A stretch of 63,807 bases of DNA, filler included, from Octopus bimaculoides (GCF_001194135.2; 9 parts of 7 records of this genome joined end to end with filler, not necessarily neighbours in it), one strand, 5' to 3'; numbered from the whole stretch's first letter, positions 13,281 to 28,400 are shown. A program made the numbers and translations. The notes: generated by a model not told the origin, from the letters alone.

Positions 13281-16200
13281 AACATTATCAGCCACATATA
13301 CTCAACACACAGAAAGCGCGCATTTACCGATAGGCTGCGAATTGGGCCGGTTGAGAATATGTTCTCAAAGCTCCGGCAGTCAAAACACATGTAAGTCATA
13401 GACAGGCGATATAACTCACCTCTAATACCATCTAGCAGTTATGAACATCGATGTTTCGCCAATTTTGTGGCCTATCACTATGACAGGATCGAACAGGATC
13501 GGTGATTAGTGATATCACAACTCCACGACTTATATGCATATAGCGTACAAACTATGTGCGGGTATACCCCGACAATGCATAAGTTTATTTGCATTCTTAC
13601 CTACACATTGCTCAGGCATTGTCTAAATACTGTCATGTGTCTATTGTGACTTTACCTTCGCTTTTTTAATAAGCACTCTGTTGTCGGTCACATATGTAAT
13701 AGCCACCCGCGTTTAGATGATTGTTCCACATATCTCATAAGAAGCAATAAGTGCAGTCCTAAGGTAACTTTAAGTATTCAAGTTCATGAAATCGTATAAA
13801 ATATGGAAATCCTGAATAGCATAGATAGATGCAGTAAAAAGTGGTGGCCTAATATAGAAATGTATAATGAACAAACAGTAGTTGCATGCTGTCAACTTAA
13901 TATGACAGCATACAACTTCGTAATCGTATCACTACTGTATAAATCTCTCTGAGAGATTTAGAAATGTATTATTTCTATAAAGAACATATTTCTCTATATT
14001 CGTATGATAGGAAAATAAGTTGGTATGATAATTTCTTGAAGGTAAAGATGCTGATGTTGAACCTGATTAGCGAATTTAATTTTTGCACCAATGATGTAAT
14101 TCTACTGTACAATTCTTGTATGAATCATGGTTTAGTATTGTTCTGAAAAGGTTAAATATTTATACTTTAGGAAAAGTTGTGCATTATTTTGCATTTATCA
14201 GCAATAGTTTTGGCTTAATCCAATAATCTGAGGAAACGTTGTTTTAATTTTCACTTAAAAGGATACACATGCAAACACATATTTTGCAATATATATTCTA
14301 TAAATATTATTGTCGTCTAGTGGAAGGTAAATTGTTTCTTTTGCTTTAACAACACATCTAGAATGTTCAACTTCTTTTGGATTAAATAATACAGCCTTAT
14401 AAAATTTCCAATCTTACAATTGAGAAGAGACATAGAGAAATACTAGGGAACAGATATTAGGATTATTGGAGGAAGGCACACTATACGTGTGACAAGAGAA
14501 GAGAAAATGATTGGGTAGTCAATGTCTGACCGTAAGTAACTCGAACGACCCTGCTATGTGGTGCAGGTGACATAACGTATTGGTAAGTGAAGAGAAATAA
14601 TACGAGAAGCTTGTACAACTGAACGATTTCTTGTAATTCAGCCGGAGGAGTTTGTTGGGGGGGGGCGTCATGGATTGTGCGCATGTCTATCCTCCCACGG
14701 AGTTTTAGATAACTTTTTTTCCGAAATGATATATAATTTTATCAGTGAAAAGTCATTTCCAAACTACATACAAAATAACACCTGGTTAGTTTGTTTTTAA
14801 AGAGAGAAAGGTTCCTAACACTCCATTAGATGTATGATGTCAAGTTTGCACCGATTTACCGAACATAAAGCATGCCGTACATTAAGACATAGTGAATATT
14901 TACACTAAATTTGAACACTTAAAGAAATTCAGAAAACGTGATGCGTGGAAGAATTTCCCTTCTGATATGTATAATTTGTCTACGTTAATACGCTTAATAT
15001 ATTATGGTTTAAAATTCAGAACATATCTGGTTTGGAATTCATTACAAATCTATATAGGTTGTTGCTTTCCACCTTACTATCAGATAATTTATTACCAGCA
15101 GGGCTATGCCAGCGCATTTTGTAATAAGTTAATATAATCACGTTTGTTGACGACCCAGCCACTTTTGGGCCTTAGTGTACTTTGCATAGTGTACGTGCGC
15201 TATTTCTTCCGAATATTGAGGAGAATAGCAAACATGCATTTATGTGAGTAGTTGAGATGATTAGTTGTTTAGGCAAACTTGACCGTCTCCTAATGGTATC
15301 AATTTAACTAGCTACAGTGTATAACATTCCATCGCTGATTATATTAATGTGCAAAGCACATTTGCTATAGCAATATTGGTTTTATAGCATATGCGATTAT
15401 TATTAATAAAACCGAACATCTGAATTGCTCTAAATCAGTATCAAAATAACAATATAGAGATTTATTTCTTTATGTTGAATTTCGGAATTAACCATATTAG
15501 CAAATGCTACATTTCCTCTGAGTTCAAAGAAGCATGAAGTAGTTTCCCTAGCTGACATGCCTTTTGGAAGTATTTAGCTGATTTTCAATAACTGAAACAA
15601 ATTATGCCTATCAGACATAGTACCATTTGATCATATATGTAATTGGTATTGTGCTACGGACTGTGAATATAATTCTTGACGCTCGAATACACATAAGCTT
15701 ATATTATGGAACGCGCCACTTACTCGGAAAGAATTATGCAAGCAAACGCCAGTCTACATCAGAACTTGAAGATGTTAAATACTTAGAGATGAATATTTTC
15801 ATAGTCGAAACTTCTAGGTTAAGAATGATGTGAATTTCAAGAATGACAATATTTATTTTATCAATTGTATTCTTTGATTCAATGTATTTAGCAACATTAT
15901 ATTGATTTTCCCCTAATTACCTGCTACACTGCTCTATGCAAAGAGATCTTAGATTTATCGAGCAATGATATCTTCCATTGTCTCTAATATATTAAGACAC
16001 ACGTTGTAATAACACGGAAGAAACAAACCACTCTCTATCATTATAAGTGTTTCGTTTGAAAATCAGTGAAATAAAATAATATGAAGAAAACAAAGAAAAC
16101 AGTAGTATTGAAAGTGATAACATTCAGCAAAGGTATAATAAATAAATGAATCGAAGTTCCAAAGAGGAAATAATAAATCAATGTTTCCTTATAGTCTTCT

Positions 16201-16412
16201 TTGAATATTTTTTTTTTCAGTTCATCAACACTAGTCTCCCAATGTTAGTAAAACAAAAAATATAAAAGTGACCTTGTTGTTCCAGATCAAACTTCTTCAT
16301 CAAGCTGAATCTTAAAATCTCAGACATAAACACATTCAACACACACTCACACACAAGCATATACATATATGTAGATATCTATGTAGATGTATATATATGA
16401 ATACATATATAT

Positions 16413-16453
<41 letters not shown>

Positions 16454-16848
16454 NNNNNNNNNNNNNNNNNNNNNNNNNNNNNNNNNNNNNNNNNNNNNNN
16501 NNNNNNNNNNNNNNNNNNNNNNNNNNNNNNNNNNNNNNNNNNNNNNNNNNNNNNNNNNNNNNNNNNNNNNNNNNNNNNNNNNNNNNNNNNNNNNNNNNNN
16601 NNNNNNNNNNNNNNNNNNNNNNNNNNNNNNNNNNNNNNNNNNNNNNNNNNNNNNNNNNNNNNNNNNNNNNNNNNNNNNNNNNNNNNNNNNNNNNNNNNNN
16701 NNNNNNNNNNNNNNNNNNNNNNNNNNNNNNNNNNNNNNNNNNNNNNNNNNNNNNNNNNNNNNNNNNNNNNNNNNNNNNNNNNNNNNNNNNNTATTTATTT
16801 ATTTATGTGTTTCAGCCAAGTGGCTGCGGTCATGCTGGTGCACCACCG

Positions 16849-16903
<55 letters not shown>

Positions 16904-18019
16904 CTGTGTGTGTGTGTGTGTGTCTGTGTGTCTGTGTATTTATGTATGTGTATATGATAGACGACAAAAATTAGCTTTTCTTGTATAGATTTTTTATCTT
17001 TAGCGAAGAAGAAATAGAAAAGTTGGACCTTGCCTTTTCCAGACGATACAAATAATAGCACACGTTCACACACATATGAACACAATCACACACACACACT
17101 TTCTTACAACCACACTCACATATCAATGCAGAAGTTTACGGTTGGATGGGACACGTTTTGTTATGCATTCGAAAGTGGAATGGCATTCGATATTGAGGTG
17201 GGTGTGAGATAAACTCCTTATTTAGACAATGTATGTTGAAATACGCTGCGCGGCGTTATGGATGACTGCAACGAAATGTAGAACAAGTGTTTCTGTGCCG
17301 TACATTTCCTGAGTTATAGACACCGATTTCGTTGATGAAATACCACTTAGAACTACCGTTCATAATTGTAATAACAAATTTTCTGTTCCATGCAATACTT
17401 TATCAAAGTGAAATTTGTTAAAGAATGGCACAATAAGTATTTGATGGATTACATGGAACTCTGTACAGTTATATTTAATGCATTTTTTCTATATAAAGAT
17501 GTGGAAAGGCGAGTAAACGGAAGTAAACGGAAAAGCTAAAAATCAAAATGAACATTAACTGTAACATTAGTGTCGGTAAGTTGTAGTGGATAATGAGGCA
17601 ATACAAAACTACTTAAATTATACACGTATGCAGTAATTGATTTTGCACCTAGTATCAAAATAAGATAGCTTTTGAGAATATATATATCGATGGAAAGTCA
17701 TATATATATGATCTGACATCAAAATATGTGTGTGTGTGACATGCTACACATATTTGTAAGTTGGACAAGGTGTCTGGTGCTGAAACCATTACAATTAAAT
17801 GTGTTTTGCTACTTTTGATTATAAAATAATAGTATTTATTTTATTTTTAGATATTTGTATTTATTTTAAAATATTAATATTTAAAATATTAGTATTTATG
17901 TGCGTGTTACTTTACTATATTTGCCTGGATTTGGTTATAGAATTTGTTATTTCAGTCCAAAACGTTTAACTGGAATTCCGAAAAAATATTCAACTAGAGG
18001 GGTTACTAGGTGTAAGATG

Positions 18020-18180
18020 GTGTTGTTGTTGTTGTTGGCAATCCGTCGCTTACGACGTCGAGGGTTCCAGTTGATCCGATCAACGGAACAGCCTGCACGT
18101 GAAATTAACGTGCAAGTTTCTGAGCACTCCACAGACACGTGTACCGTTAACGTAGTTCTCGGGGATATTTTATGGAAGGG
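18020..18180 (+). repeat. GC-richer dispersed repeat following (GTT)n, probable SINE/LINE-tail family
   Basis: ggcaatccgtcgcttacgacgtcgagggttccagttgatccgatcaacggaacagcctg...cgtagttctcgggga. Composition contrasts with the flanks; recalled as a common octopus repeat but single copy here. Confidence 0.35.
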
Positions 18181-18698
18181 GCTCAACCGACTAACAGTAA
18201 ACAAACCATTATTTCCAGACAAACCAGCATACAACGAGGATTAATCGTTTGAAATAATGCATTTAGCTAAAAAATACATCAGTATAGGGTTTTCAGTTGA
18301 AATAGTTTTCTACCCGGAAGAGCAGAGTTATCATTGAACACACCATTTTTGGCTTCTTATATAATGGCAATGTGTATATCAGTTATTGGTTTCCGATTGG
18401 TCTTTCTTCGTGTTTTCAGCTTTTAAGGTAGTTGACTTAAGAATTTGATGGAGCTCAACACATGAAGCCTCATACGGGAATTACATAGAATGCGAGAAAC
18501 TCTTACACTATTCATGAAAATTAAACATATTGTGAATGCTGGAAGAAAGGTTTTAGTAAAGTCTGTGTTATAAAATTCTAATGTATAGAATCAGGTACGT
18601 TTATAGAATTTTGGTAATTTCAACTATTTTTGTTCCAGTATTTAACCTTCTGAACTCTAGTATTCAGATTAAAGCAGCTTCGTTCTAATCGTTGTAGT

Positions 18699-18700
<2 letters not shown>

Positions 18701-18793
<93 letters not shown>

Positions 18794-18844
18794 ACACACA
18801 CATACACACACACATACACACACACACAAACACACACACACATG

Positions 18845-18860
<16 letters not shown>
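18701..18860. repeat. (CA)n microsatellite
   Basis: Direct observation; one of dozens of (TA)n, (CA)n, (CT)n, (CATA)n, (GATA)n and (TAA)n tracts in the window. Confidence 0.98.
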
Positions 18861-18878
<18 letters not shown>

Positions 18879-18906
18879 CCTACATGCATAATCACATGAG
18901 TATGTT

Positions 18907-18961
<55 letters not shown>

Positions 18962-21900
18962 GTGTATGTATATATAGACATGTGTGAACGTACGTGAGTG
19001 TCTATATATGTGTGTGTGGACACAATATAGTTCCTTATGCGCTGGTCGTATGATTATTTGTTTGTATGATATATTTTTTATTCTTTTCATCAGAAATATG
19101 GTGTTTCTTAGTTTATATGTGTTTTCTTATTCTGAAGATATATCTAGAAAGAGATGTTGAGCTTCTGAAGTTTATATTTATAATCACGAGGAATTGATCA
19201 CCTTAGAAAAGTTGAATTATTTTTTTAGGGATATATGTTATTCTTTGTACACCTATATCTTTGTCTTCCCTAGGCGAGTTCTTTTCATTGATAACAAATT
19301 TTCTCTCATCATTTTGAAAGAAACTTCGGTTTTTAAATCTGTTATCAATATGATCAGATAGAAAATGGAAAATATTACGGCTTCAAAAAGAAAATAAAAT
19401 CAACAAGAAAAATACTCAGCCCTTATAATTTACTACATCAATTCTAAAATGTTCTATTTTGCGTGTTCCAAAATAGCAGACTCAGAACAAATATTTAATA
19501 TTCAGAAAAAATATTTGGAATATATAAATACTACTGCTAAAGATATCAATACTACGTACGACACAGGGAATATGGTAACACAAAAACCATTAGACTCTTA
19601 CATTGGAAACTCTTAAGGTGAAGTGTAAACAAACGCAATTTGTCATGGAAAACGAAATGTGACTTCAATTTTAAATACATATTGATGTTTACTCTTTCTA
19701 ACAAGAACATTAATTGGAATTTAATTTTTTTTTAATAAAAATATATCTTGCTGAGTAAAATAGCTGACATTTCACCCAATTTGATGATAATGACTACTAA
19801 CAAACGGCCATTGTTATCTATAAATTAAATTTCCATTGTCAAGAGCACATTATATTAGAAGTAGGAAATATACTCTCTTTTAAGGCAAGGAACAATAAAC
19901 AGTACTGTTTGACTATGCTCTGTGATCAAAAGATTTAAGGAAGGTCAGTGATATCATGATAATATGCATTTGAAATACGTTTCCTAATAACAGTAGGTTG
20001 GTAAAAATCTGAACCGCAGCTATTACAAGGTTCTGTCAGTTTCTGTCGGTTTATATTTGATTTACGGTATTATGACCTACGTTTAGCCAGTAAAATCTAA
20101 CTAAACTTAGAGAAATATCGCAATTAACCGAACACTAAAATAAGAATGAGAGTGGTGTCAGGTACTAACTATAACACAGAAGTGCAATGTGACATATCTT
20201 GAGCGACTTTTCTATAGCCAAATTACTAATAAGCAGAAATTTTTTTTTTGATTAGTGAAATAAGTGAAATTTGTGTGTTTCTGTTTAAAACAAAATCAAT
20301 GTTTTCAAAATAACAATAATTTGATTATATTACACTTTTATACCTAAACTTAATTCACTTTAAAAGAAAACCTAATTTATAAGCATTATTCTTACATTTC
20401 TCAACACAGACATTAAAATATGTTTCTTAAATTTCCAGTATAATACTCATTACTATATCAAACATATGCATTTTCATATTCTGAGATATTTTATTCCTCA
20501 GTTCCATTATCGTTAGCATATTTCAGGCCAGGAAATACATATTTAACTTACCACAAACATATTTATCTCTTCATGCCATTTCGTCCTAGTTAGCTTCTAT
20601 ATAATATACGTTTACTTATATTTATTTTTCATTCTTTCATTCATTGCTAACACTAGTTCATACATAACAACTATATGTTGCATCTTTAGCTCTTCTAATA
20701 TGATTTTAGTAAAACCGAGTACAGTGAACTTGTCATGATGAAGCACATTGATGTTTGATGGAATGGCCTGTAATGTTGAAAAAGGTGGTGACAGTTTGGC
20801 CAAGCATGCGTAGTAAAATGCTTCGAATATGCCTCGCAAAGCGATCAACGTGCAGACGGCTCATTTCCGCATTGCAAAGTATGCCAAAAAGTTTGATTTT
20901 GATGCACACCATGTATCATATTCTGAAACAAATGGAAAGAATGATATACCATATTGGAACATGGTTTCATGCCACCGACAGGTAAACGTTTTATTCTTCT
21001 GTTCATGCATTTTCTCTTTAATCTCTAAAGTCCTTGTTTCCTTTCAACTTCCCTTACTCCTCATGTTTCCGCTTCATTTCTCTCGACTTGGGCTGCTTGT
21101 TGTCACACCATTTGTTCCTTTTTTCCTTCTTTCTTAGTTACTCCTACGACTTATCGCTCACCTTTGATGCCCACGTGGTTCTGTTACGCGTATCAGTTGC
21201 AGCCAGTTCTATATTTTAACTTAGAGGATATAAAACTCAGCTGTCCCTCATTCATTTCTCTCCTCTCAACTTTTCCTCTCAAAAGCTTTTTGGCTAAAAC
21301 GTTGCATTTTATATTCTTCACGAGAAATTCATGGCCCTCTTTTTATTAACTCTACAATAGAAAAAGAAGTCTAGCATATGCAGACCAATACCAGCTTCAT
21401 TGAAGTGTGATCATAACATGTTTATATACAGCTAATAACTATTATTGTACAACAGATTGAAAAACCAGGTCTAAAGGACGTAGATTTAACATTTGTCCTA
21501 TAGAGTGGTGTGTATGAGTGAATGTAAGTGAGTGGAACTGCATAATGATATTTGATTTGTCTTTAAATTTACATTCAATTTTAAAATAAATAATTACTCA
21601 TCGTCACGGCTATTTCAGAAGCCATATCCCAATCTCTTGCTTCTTTACCGTCATTGTGTGTACGGCGTGGTTAGAGTGTTTACAAGACACTAAAAACATT
21701 TTGAATTGAAAAGAAAATATTATTTTAAATATTTAAAATAATATCGCTCACCAGTTTTTCTCTTTGATGTGATTTAGTCTTCCAATACAACGTTTATAAA
21801 AGGTGGCGGTGAGAAATGATATATTGGCAGTAGAATCAAAGAATGTTGAACCGAAATCTGGATACAACTGTAAAATTTGTTTAATTCTTGTCTGTTATTT

Positions 21901-23574
21901 AAATATTAACATTTCAAAGATAATTTAAATATGATAAACAGCTTGTTCGCCACAATCATAACACAAGAATAACAATAATAATAACGACTACATTGACAAA
22001 AATAATAAACATCGACACATGCGAAAATGACGAAACAAACTCCAATACAACCGACAGATGAAAAATATAAACAATGATGAAGAGTATAATTTTAAATACA
22101 TTTTCAAAAATGTTGGGTGTTTGCATACAGGGAATATAAACGCACATGCCATATGGATCTTTGAGTAACTTTTGTACGTGTATACACATAGCGAGGAAAC
22201 ATTGAAAAGGAAAGGAATGAGTGTCAAATATTTTGAAAAACACCGGGTTTATATATTTTCCGTGTTGTATACAAACCACATATATGAATAAATCGGAAGC
22301 TTTCTAGTAGCGTTGCATACCAAACCGAGATGCCTTCTAATGCATTTTCCTTGATATGTGAATAATACCTCTAATTAAGAACGCATTACAGCATCTGAAA
22401 ACGGATATCAAATCGAAAATATATGTTATCAAACACAAAGCCTTTAGAGTATTTTCCGATTTTTATTTACATTTTCCGTAAATTAGAAATAGAATTCCAA
22501 ACTTTTGCATAGAAATTCTGAACATAATTTCAGTAGAATCGGAAGATGTACAAAAACTAAAAATGTGCTGATATATTTGCTGTTATTATCAAAATTTTCC
22601 GTACAATGCAGGCATGTAAATGCCTACAATCAATTCAATAAACAAGCCTTTTGGATAAAGCGGCGACAAAATAAAGTAACGTCGTGTTAATATTGAGATT
22701 CACTTCTTGTAACATATGGCGCCAACTAAACAGCTAGCAAACATAATTTTGTCATTTGCATTCTTTCATATTCTTTAACAAAACTAATAAACTGTGTGGA
22801 GAAATATTGCGTAATTATTGTAAGACATTTTTTAGGAAAAAATAAAAAAAGGTAAATTAAAGTATACAAAAACGCACATACACATACAGCCACAAACACC
22901 CACACGACCACACCCATATATATANNNNNNNNNNNNNNNNNNNNNNNNNNNNNNNNNNNNNNNNNNNNNNNNNNNNNNNNNNNNNNNNNNNNNNNNNNNN
23001 NNNNNNNNNNNNNNNNNNNNNNNNNNNNNNNNNNNNNNNNNNNNNNNNNNNNNNNNNNNNNNNNNNNNNNNNNNNNNNNNNNNNNNNNNNNNNNNNNNNN
23101 NNNNNNNNNNNNNNNNNNNNNNNNNNNNNNNNNNNNNNNNNNNNNNNNNNNNNNNNNNNNNNNNNNNNNNNNNNNNNNNNNNNNNNNNNNNNNNNNNNNN
23201 NNNNNNNNNNNNNNNNNNNNNNNNNNNNNNNNNNNNNNNNNNNNNNNNNNNNNNNNNNNNNNNNNNNNNNNNNNNNNNNNNNNNNNNNNNNNNNNNNNNN
23301 NNNNNNNNNNNNNNNNNNNNNNNNNNNNNNNNNNNNNNNNNNNNNNNNNNNNNNNNNNNNNNNNNNNNNNNNNNNNNNNNNNNNNNNNNNNNNNNNNNNN
23401 NNNNNNNNNNNNNNNNNNNNNNNNNNNNNNNNNNNNNNNNNNNNNNNNNNNNNNNNNNNNNNNNNNNNNNNNNNNNNNNNNNNNNNNNNNNNNNNNNNNN
23501 NNNNNNNNNNNNNNNNNNNNNNNNNNNNNNNNNNNNNNNNNNNNNNNNNNNNNNNNNNNNNNNNNNNNNNNNNN

Positions 23575-24340
23575 ATATAATTCATGCCACCCAAGTCTGC
23601 AAGAAATCAAAAACACCTTCATTGACAAACATTACCCACTTCAACTCATAGAGGATGGAATGAGACGGGCAACACAAATCGACATGGAAACCTTAACAAA
23701 AGTTCAGCACAGCAACACAACGTCCCGAAAATACTGCCGTACATCTCCACATACAACCACAGAAACAAAGAACCCTTCACTATCATAACCAAAACATTTA
23801 CCAGTCGTACATAAGGACCCCAAATTAAAGGAAAATTTACACACATATAAAATAATTAAAAGCCACAAACAACCGAAATCACTAAAAAAGTTTCTCAAAA
23901 AGGCAAATTAGTTTCTAAAATAACGTACGCAAAGGTGAAAAAATATAATTGCGCATCATGCCCAAACCTTCTAGAAGGATCAGAATTCCTTTTCAAAGAC
24001 AAAAATTCAAAATCAAATCTGAATTTACTTGTGCTTCAGAAAACCTGTTTTATGTTATAAGATGCTCGGGCTGCCATCAAAACTGCATAGGGTTCACGGG
24101 ATCATCGCGCAGACGTAGTTGCACTCTGCACCGACAGCAGATTGCATTCCTTCTAAACTAAATCATGTCAAACTAATAAAACCTAGTCATTCCCAACATG
24201 TTTTATTATCTCCCTTATACCAAATAAATCCCTGATTATCCTCCTTTGTCTGGAACACCATATTTCACAACATAGTGAAGACATGACACAATATAGGTAA
24301 AGAAATTTGAGAGATTTGAAAAGAAAATACAAAACCGGTT
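23575..24340 (+). mobile_element. Penelope-like element 3' fragment (linker plus GIY-YIG)
   Basis: LQEIKNTFIDKHYPLQLIEDGMRRA...LPYISTYNHRN...IIKSHKQPKSL, then C-x2-C and FKIKSEFTCASENLFYVIRCSGCHQNCIGFTG...LHRQQI (ORF 23949-24161). Confidence 0.85.
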
Positions 24341-24451
24341 ATTTCTCTAAAAACAATGTTACTATACGCAAAATTTTATTGCCAACAACTCTAGGAACTT
24401 TCACTTATATACCACTACATATCGTTCCTGTTTTCTCTATGAGAAATACAG

Positions 24452-24860
24452 TTATATATATCTCAGTCTCTCCCAGTAGCACAACGGTTTCATTAATGCA
24501 ATTTCCCCGGTATAGCACCACTGAACACCTTTAAGTTCCGCTATTAATTTGACACTGTGGGATAACCACAGTCGAGAGCAATAGTCCAAACTGCTAAGCA
24601 CGAACATGCTCCATAGAAATGGCATACTTTCTTTGTCCCTTGTTCTGTAAGTTCTCATATTCCAAGTTGTCATATAGGCTCTATCTTTGTGATATATACA
24701 CGATCGGAGACATCATTGCTCTTATCACGTCACAGATCACGCATTGGGCATAACTCTGGGGTTGCGGTTCCTTCTGGTCCAAAGTATTTTTATTGCCGCA
24801 TATTAGTATAGAGCGAAGAATTTGGAATTTTCCTGTTTTAGATTTCATATTTCTTTCATC
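24452..24860 (-). mobile_element. CR1/L2-group LINE fragment (end of RT domain)
   Basis: RTYRTRDKESMPFLWSMFVLSSLDYCSRLW...LIAELKGVQ...YWERL matches the conserved LEYCxxxWSP / LExVQ / YxERL segment. Confidence 0.75.
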
Positions 24861-25553
24861 AAACCACTTATATATGGTATATAGGTATAAGCAGTCATAG
24901 GTTCTATGACTGCTTACACTACTTTTGAATTGTCAGCATATCCTCTCACGTTGCCTCTGCATCTCTCGTACTTTTATGTGTGTGCGCCCGCGCGTGTGTG
25001 TGATATTCCGAGCAATGTAGAGAAAAAATGAAATATAGAAATGCATGATAAATATGATATATGATACCCATTTTATGAAACCTGTATGATATACTTCCCT
25101 CCCTCTGGGGCGTAAAACTTCGTCGTGGGCAATTGAAGATTTCATGTTGCTAATGAGCATATTCCAGCATATGCTGGAATATGCATAGTTCGAGAAATTT
25201 ATTATTTAAATTGTCAACTTTAGCGCTTCCCCCGTTGTAGGAGAATGTTATCTCCTTGCTCCGACTTAACCTGATAATGCAATTCCTTCTGGATTTCTTT
25301 TGCGAATAAATATAGCAGGCCTGAAGCATATCTGTCAGGGCTGGGTGCACCCAAAACAAAACGCTTGCATTTAAAACACGTTCACATTTATTATGTAAAT
25401 TTTTCTCTCGGCTGACCGATATGTTATGGTTGAGGCAGCATGTGTGATGTTATGGTTGAGGTGCATACATTAAATGCTTCACTTTTCCTGCACGCAGTAA
25501 CAACATAAATACAAACGTAGATAAATCTCCTATGATCTTACGTGTATGGTTAT

Positions 25554-25598
<45 letters not shown>

Positions 25599-26707
25599 AA
25601 GAAAGATAGACAGACAAGCAGAGCGAGAGCGAGAGGTGAGGGAGAAACAAAGCTCGAATGCAAAAACGGTTTTTCACGAAACAATTTCAATCCTTTTATA
25701 ATTAATACACTCGTTGTTCTAACAGTCGTGCTTATTTCAATCCTATAAACCTATCACTGTGTATACAAAATAAGGTCATATTTTATTGCCCCAGTACTGG
25801 AAACTGAAAATGTATAAATCACTTTCTATCTCTTCATCTGCTTTACTATTATAATAATGATACGAGGTTGATATTGTTTTCAAGGATCACATTTTTCCGA
25901 TTTCACGATGTTTGAAAAATGATTTCAAACACTTTATGAGGAAATTGATAATATAACAGTCTCTTTTAGTGCGACATGATTATGCCATAATATCAAAGAA
26001 GGAATCTACTTTCGTAAAACTTCTTACTTTAATATTGTAAAGTGGTCTATAATTTGCAATATATAAAGTGTGAAATATCGTTACTTGTGAAAAACACCCT
26101 GCACCACTTTGTTAAAACTTTTATCGCTTCTGGTCAGTATCCTCTAAGTTTTCATTTAATCTATTTTCCTTTATGAAATGGCCAAATAGATATCTATGGG
26201 AATCAGGATTTAACACACTAGATAACATGTTTCGGTAACATATGACCCATTTTCTATCTTTTCTCAAGAAATTGATACAACATTTTAGTAAAAATATTAT
26301 TACATCTACAGATTGTTTCTGGAAAATTGTACAACGACTGTGGATACATATTCTGCAATGAAGAAATAATACTCACCTTCTTGACCATTTTCCTAGTTTT
26401 CTGAAGTACATTATACTTCTTTAATTTAGAGACTCTCATACAGCTGTACCCAGTGATTTTATCACTTTTAATATTCACATTAGATACAATTGCTCAACAA
26501 GTTATGCACTACGTATGAGAGAGTTTTTAAACAATGTAGTCCCTGCTTCACGCGCACACAGAAAAATCAGTACAACATCAATACAACTAGTATTATTGTA
26601 GAGATCATACCTAATCCGGGTTTAAAAGACAGAAATAAAAGCATCCGCCTCTCCATTTTGTTTTATCACACATGAGCTATGGAACATAATATAGAAATGA
26701 AAATATA

Positions 26708-26851
26708 TTTATTTACATTATTTACAATTGACGGATACTTGTCCTCATCTTGTTTGTTGTTATCACAACGTTTCGGCTGATATACCCTCCAGCCTTCATC
26801 AGGTGTCTTGGAGAAATTTCGAACCTGGGTTATTCCTAAGGTATTTTTCGA

Positions 26852-26907
<56 letters not shown>

Positions 26908-26914
26908 GTATTAC

Positions 26915-26984
<70 letters not shown>

Positions 26985-27075
26985 CAGGTTACTGCCTGGA
27001 TGAGGACAAATATCAGTCAATTGTAAATAATGTAAATAACGTACATCATTCCTCATGTCTTAAATATAGAACTGA
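26708..27075 (-). mobile_element. Penelope pseudo-LTR-like repeat with ~40-bp inverted ends and internal (ATT)n
   Basis: ttatttacattatttacaattgacggatacttgtcctcatc (26708-26750) is repeated inverted at ~26998-27040; the element carries a hammerhead motif. Confidence 0.7.
26762..26807 (-). ncRNA. Minimal type I hammerhead ribozyme (PLE-type)
   Basis: Minus strand: gacac-CUGAUGA-a-ggctg(gagggtatat)cagcc-GAAAC-GUU-gtg. It has an intact core, a 5-bp stem II, palindromic AACGTT stem III and cac/gtg stem I. Confidence 0.8.
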
Positions 27076-28254
27076 AAATATCTTTGTTTTCTTTCAATAG
27101 TGTTAAAAATATAGCTACGACGATGTGTCTAATTAAGCGATGATAATATTCGGATTAAAGTCTAATTACCAGGTATACATTGGGTTACAAGAAATAAGAA
27201 AAAAAAATACGTGTAGAAAGAAGAGAGAATGGTTCGGTTTGAAATAACATACCTCAATTTTTGTAACACTAAACTTCACGCATGTTTGCGTATATATGCA
27301 AACTGCGTTCTACCTTTTATACTTTACTTTAATATTTCAGCTAGCCTTCTTGTAATCGCAAAATTGAATCTTTTTGCGAAAAGTTAGTTGGTATCCCACA
27401 TGTGGATGTCTCTGTGGGCAGAAACCTGTGGAGATGAGATTAACTTTGGAGTTGTTAAATTTTCATCAAAGAAAGATTTACCGAATGTTAGTTCACCGAG
27501 AAAACTTATCGCTTCTTATAGATTTTTTTTAATATTGTTTATTTACGAGCGGGAAGAAATCTAACCTGGTCTAATTCTCTTATTTTTGGAGCTGAGTGCA
27601 GCCTGAACGAATTATTATATACTACAAAACGAGTCATTTAGTGTACTTCTATTTATACCTATACACAAAACGAAACACACACAGACATATATGTATATAT
27701 ATATATATATATGTGTGTGTGTATGTGTGTGTGTATGTGTGTGTGTGTGTAGGTATGTACGTATGTATGTACGTATGTATGTATATATGTATGGATGTAT
27801 GGATTCTTATTTATACATAAATACATTCAATACATAAATACATGCTGACAAACATTCAGACGCACAAATAAGATTCGATTTCGATGTTAGTATTCCTATT
27901 ATATCACCGCTCTAATGGACATGAACATTCCATCTCGATATAGTGCAATAGACATTAACTATTTTTTTAATAGTATTAAAACTTTCATTATTAAAGGAAT
28001 TTTCACATTCTTTTCATTCGCACATTGCTTCCAAATGCGCAAAGAAAAAACTACAAAGACTGTGTGCTGTAGGGAATCTGTGATACAATAGATTATTTGA
28101 TTTAAAATGCCTTCGAAAAACCACCGAGGATAAAGCTCGCTTTTTTGTAATAAACAGATTTATCAAAAGGAAACTTCCTTTGTATCGAATGGTGACTGTA
28201 CAGATAGCGGTGAATCAATTGATAGTTGGGTTTATGGATAAATAGACAGATAAA

Positions 28255-28400
<146 letters not shown>

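Noticed and set aside
24888-24916. Perfect 13-bp hairpin taagcagtcatag-gtt-ctatgactgctta
   Set aside because: Isolated and short, at the edge of a LINE relic; no supporting context.
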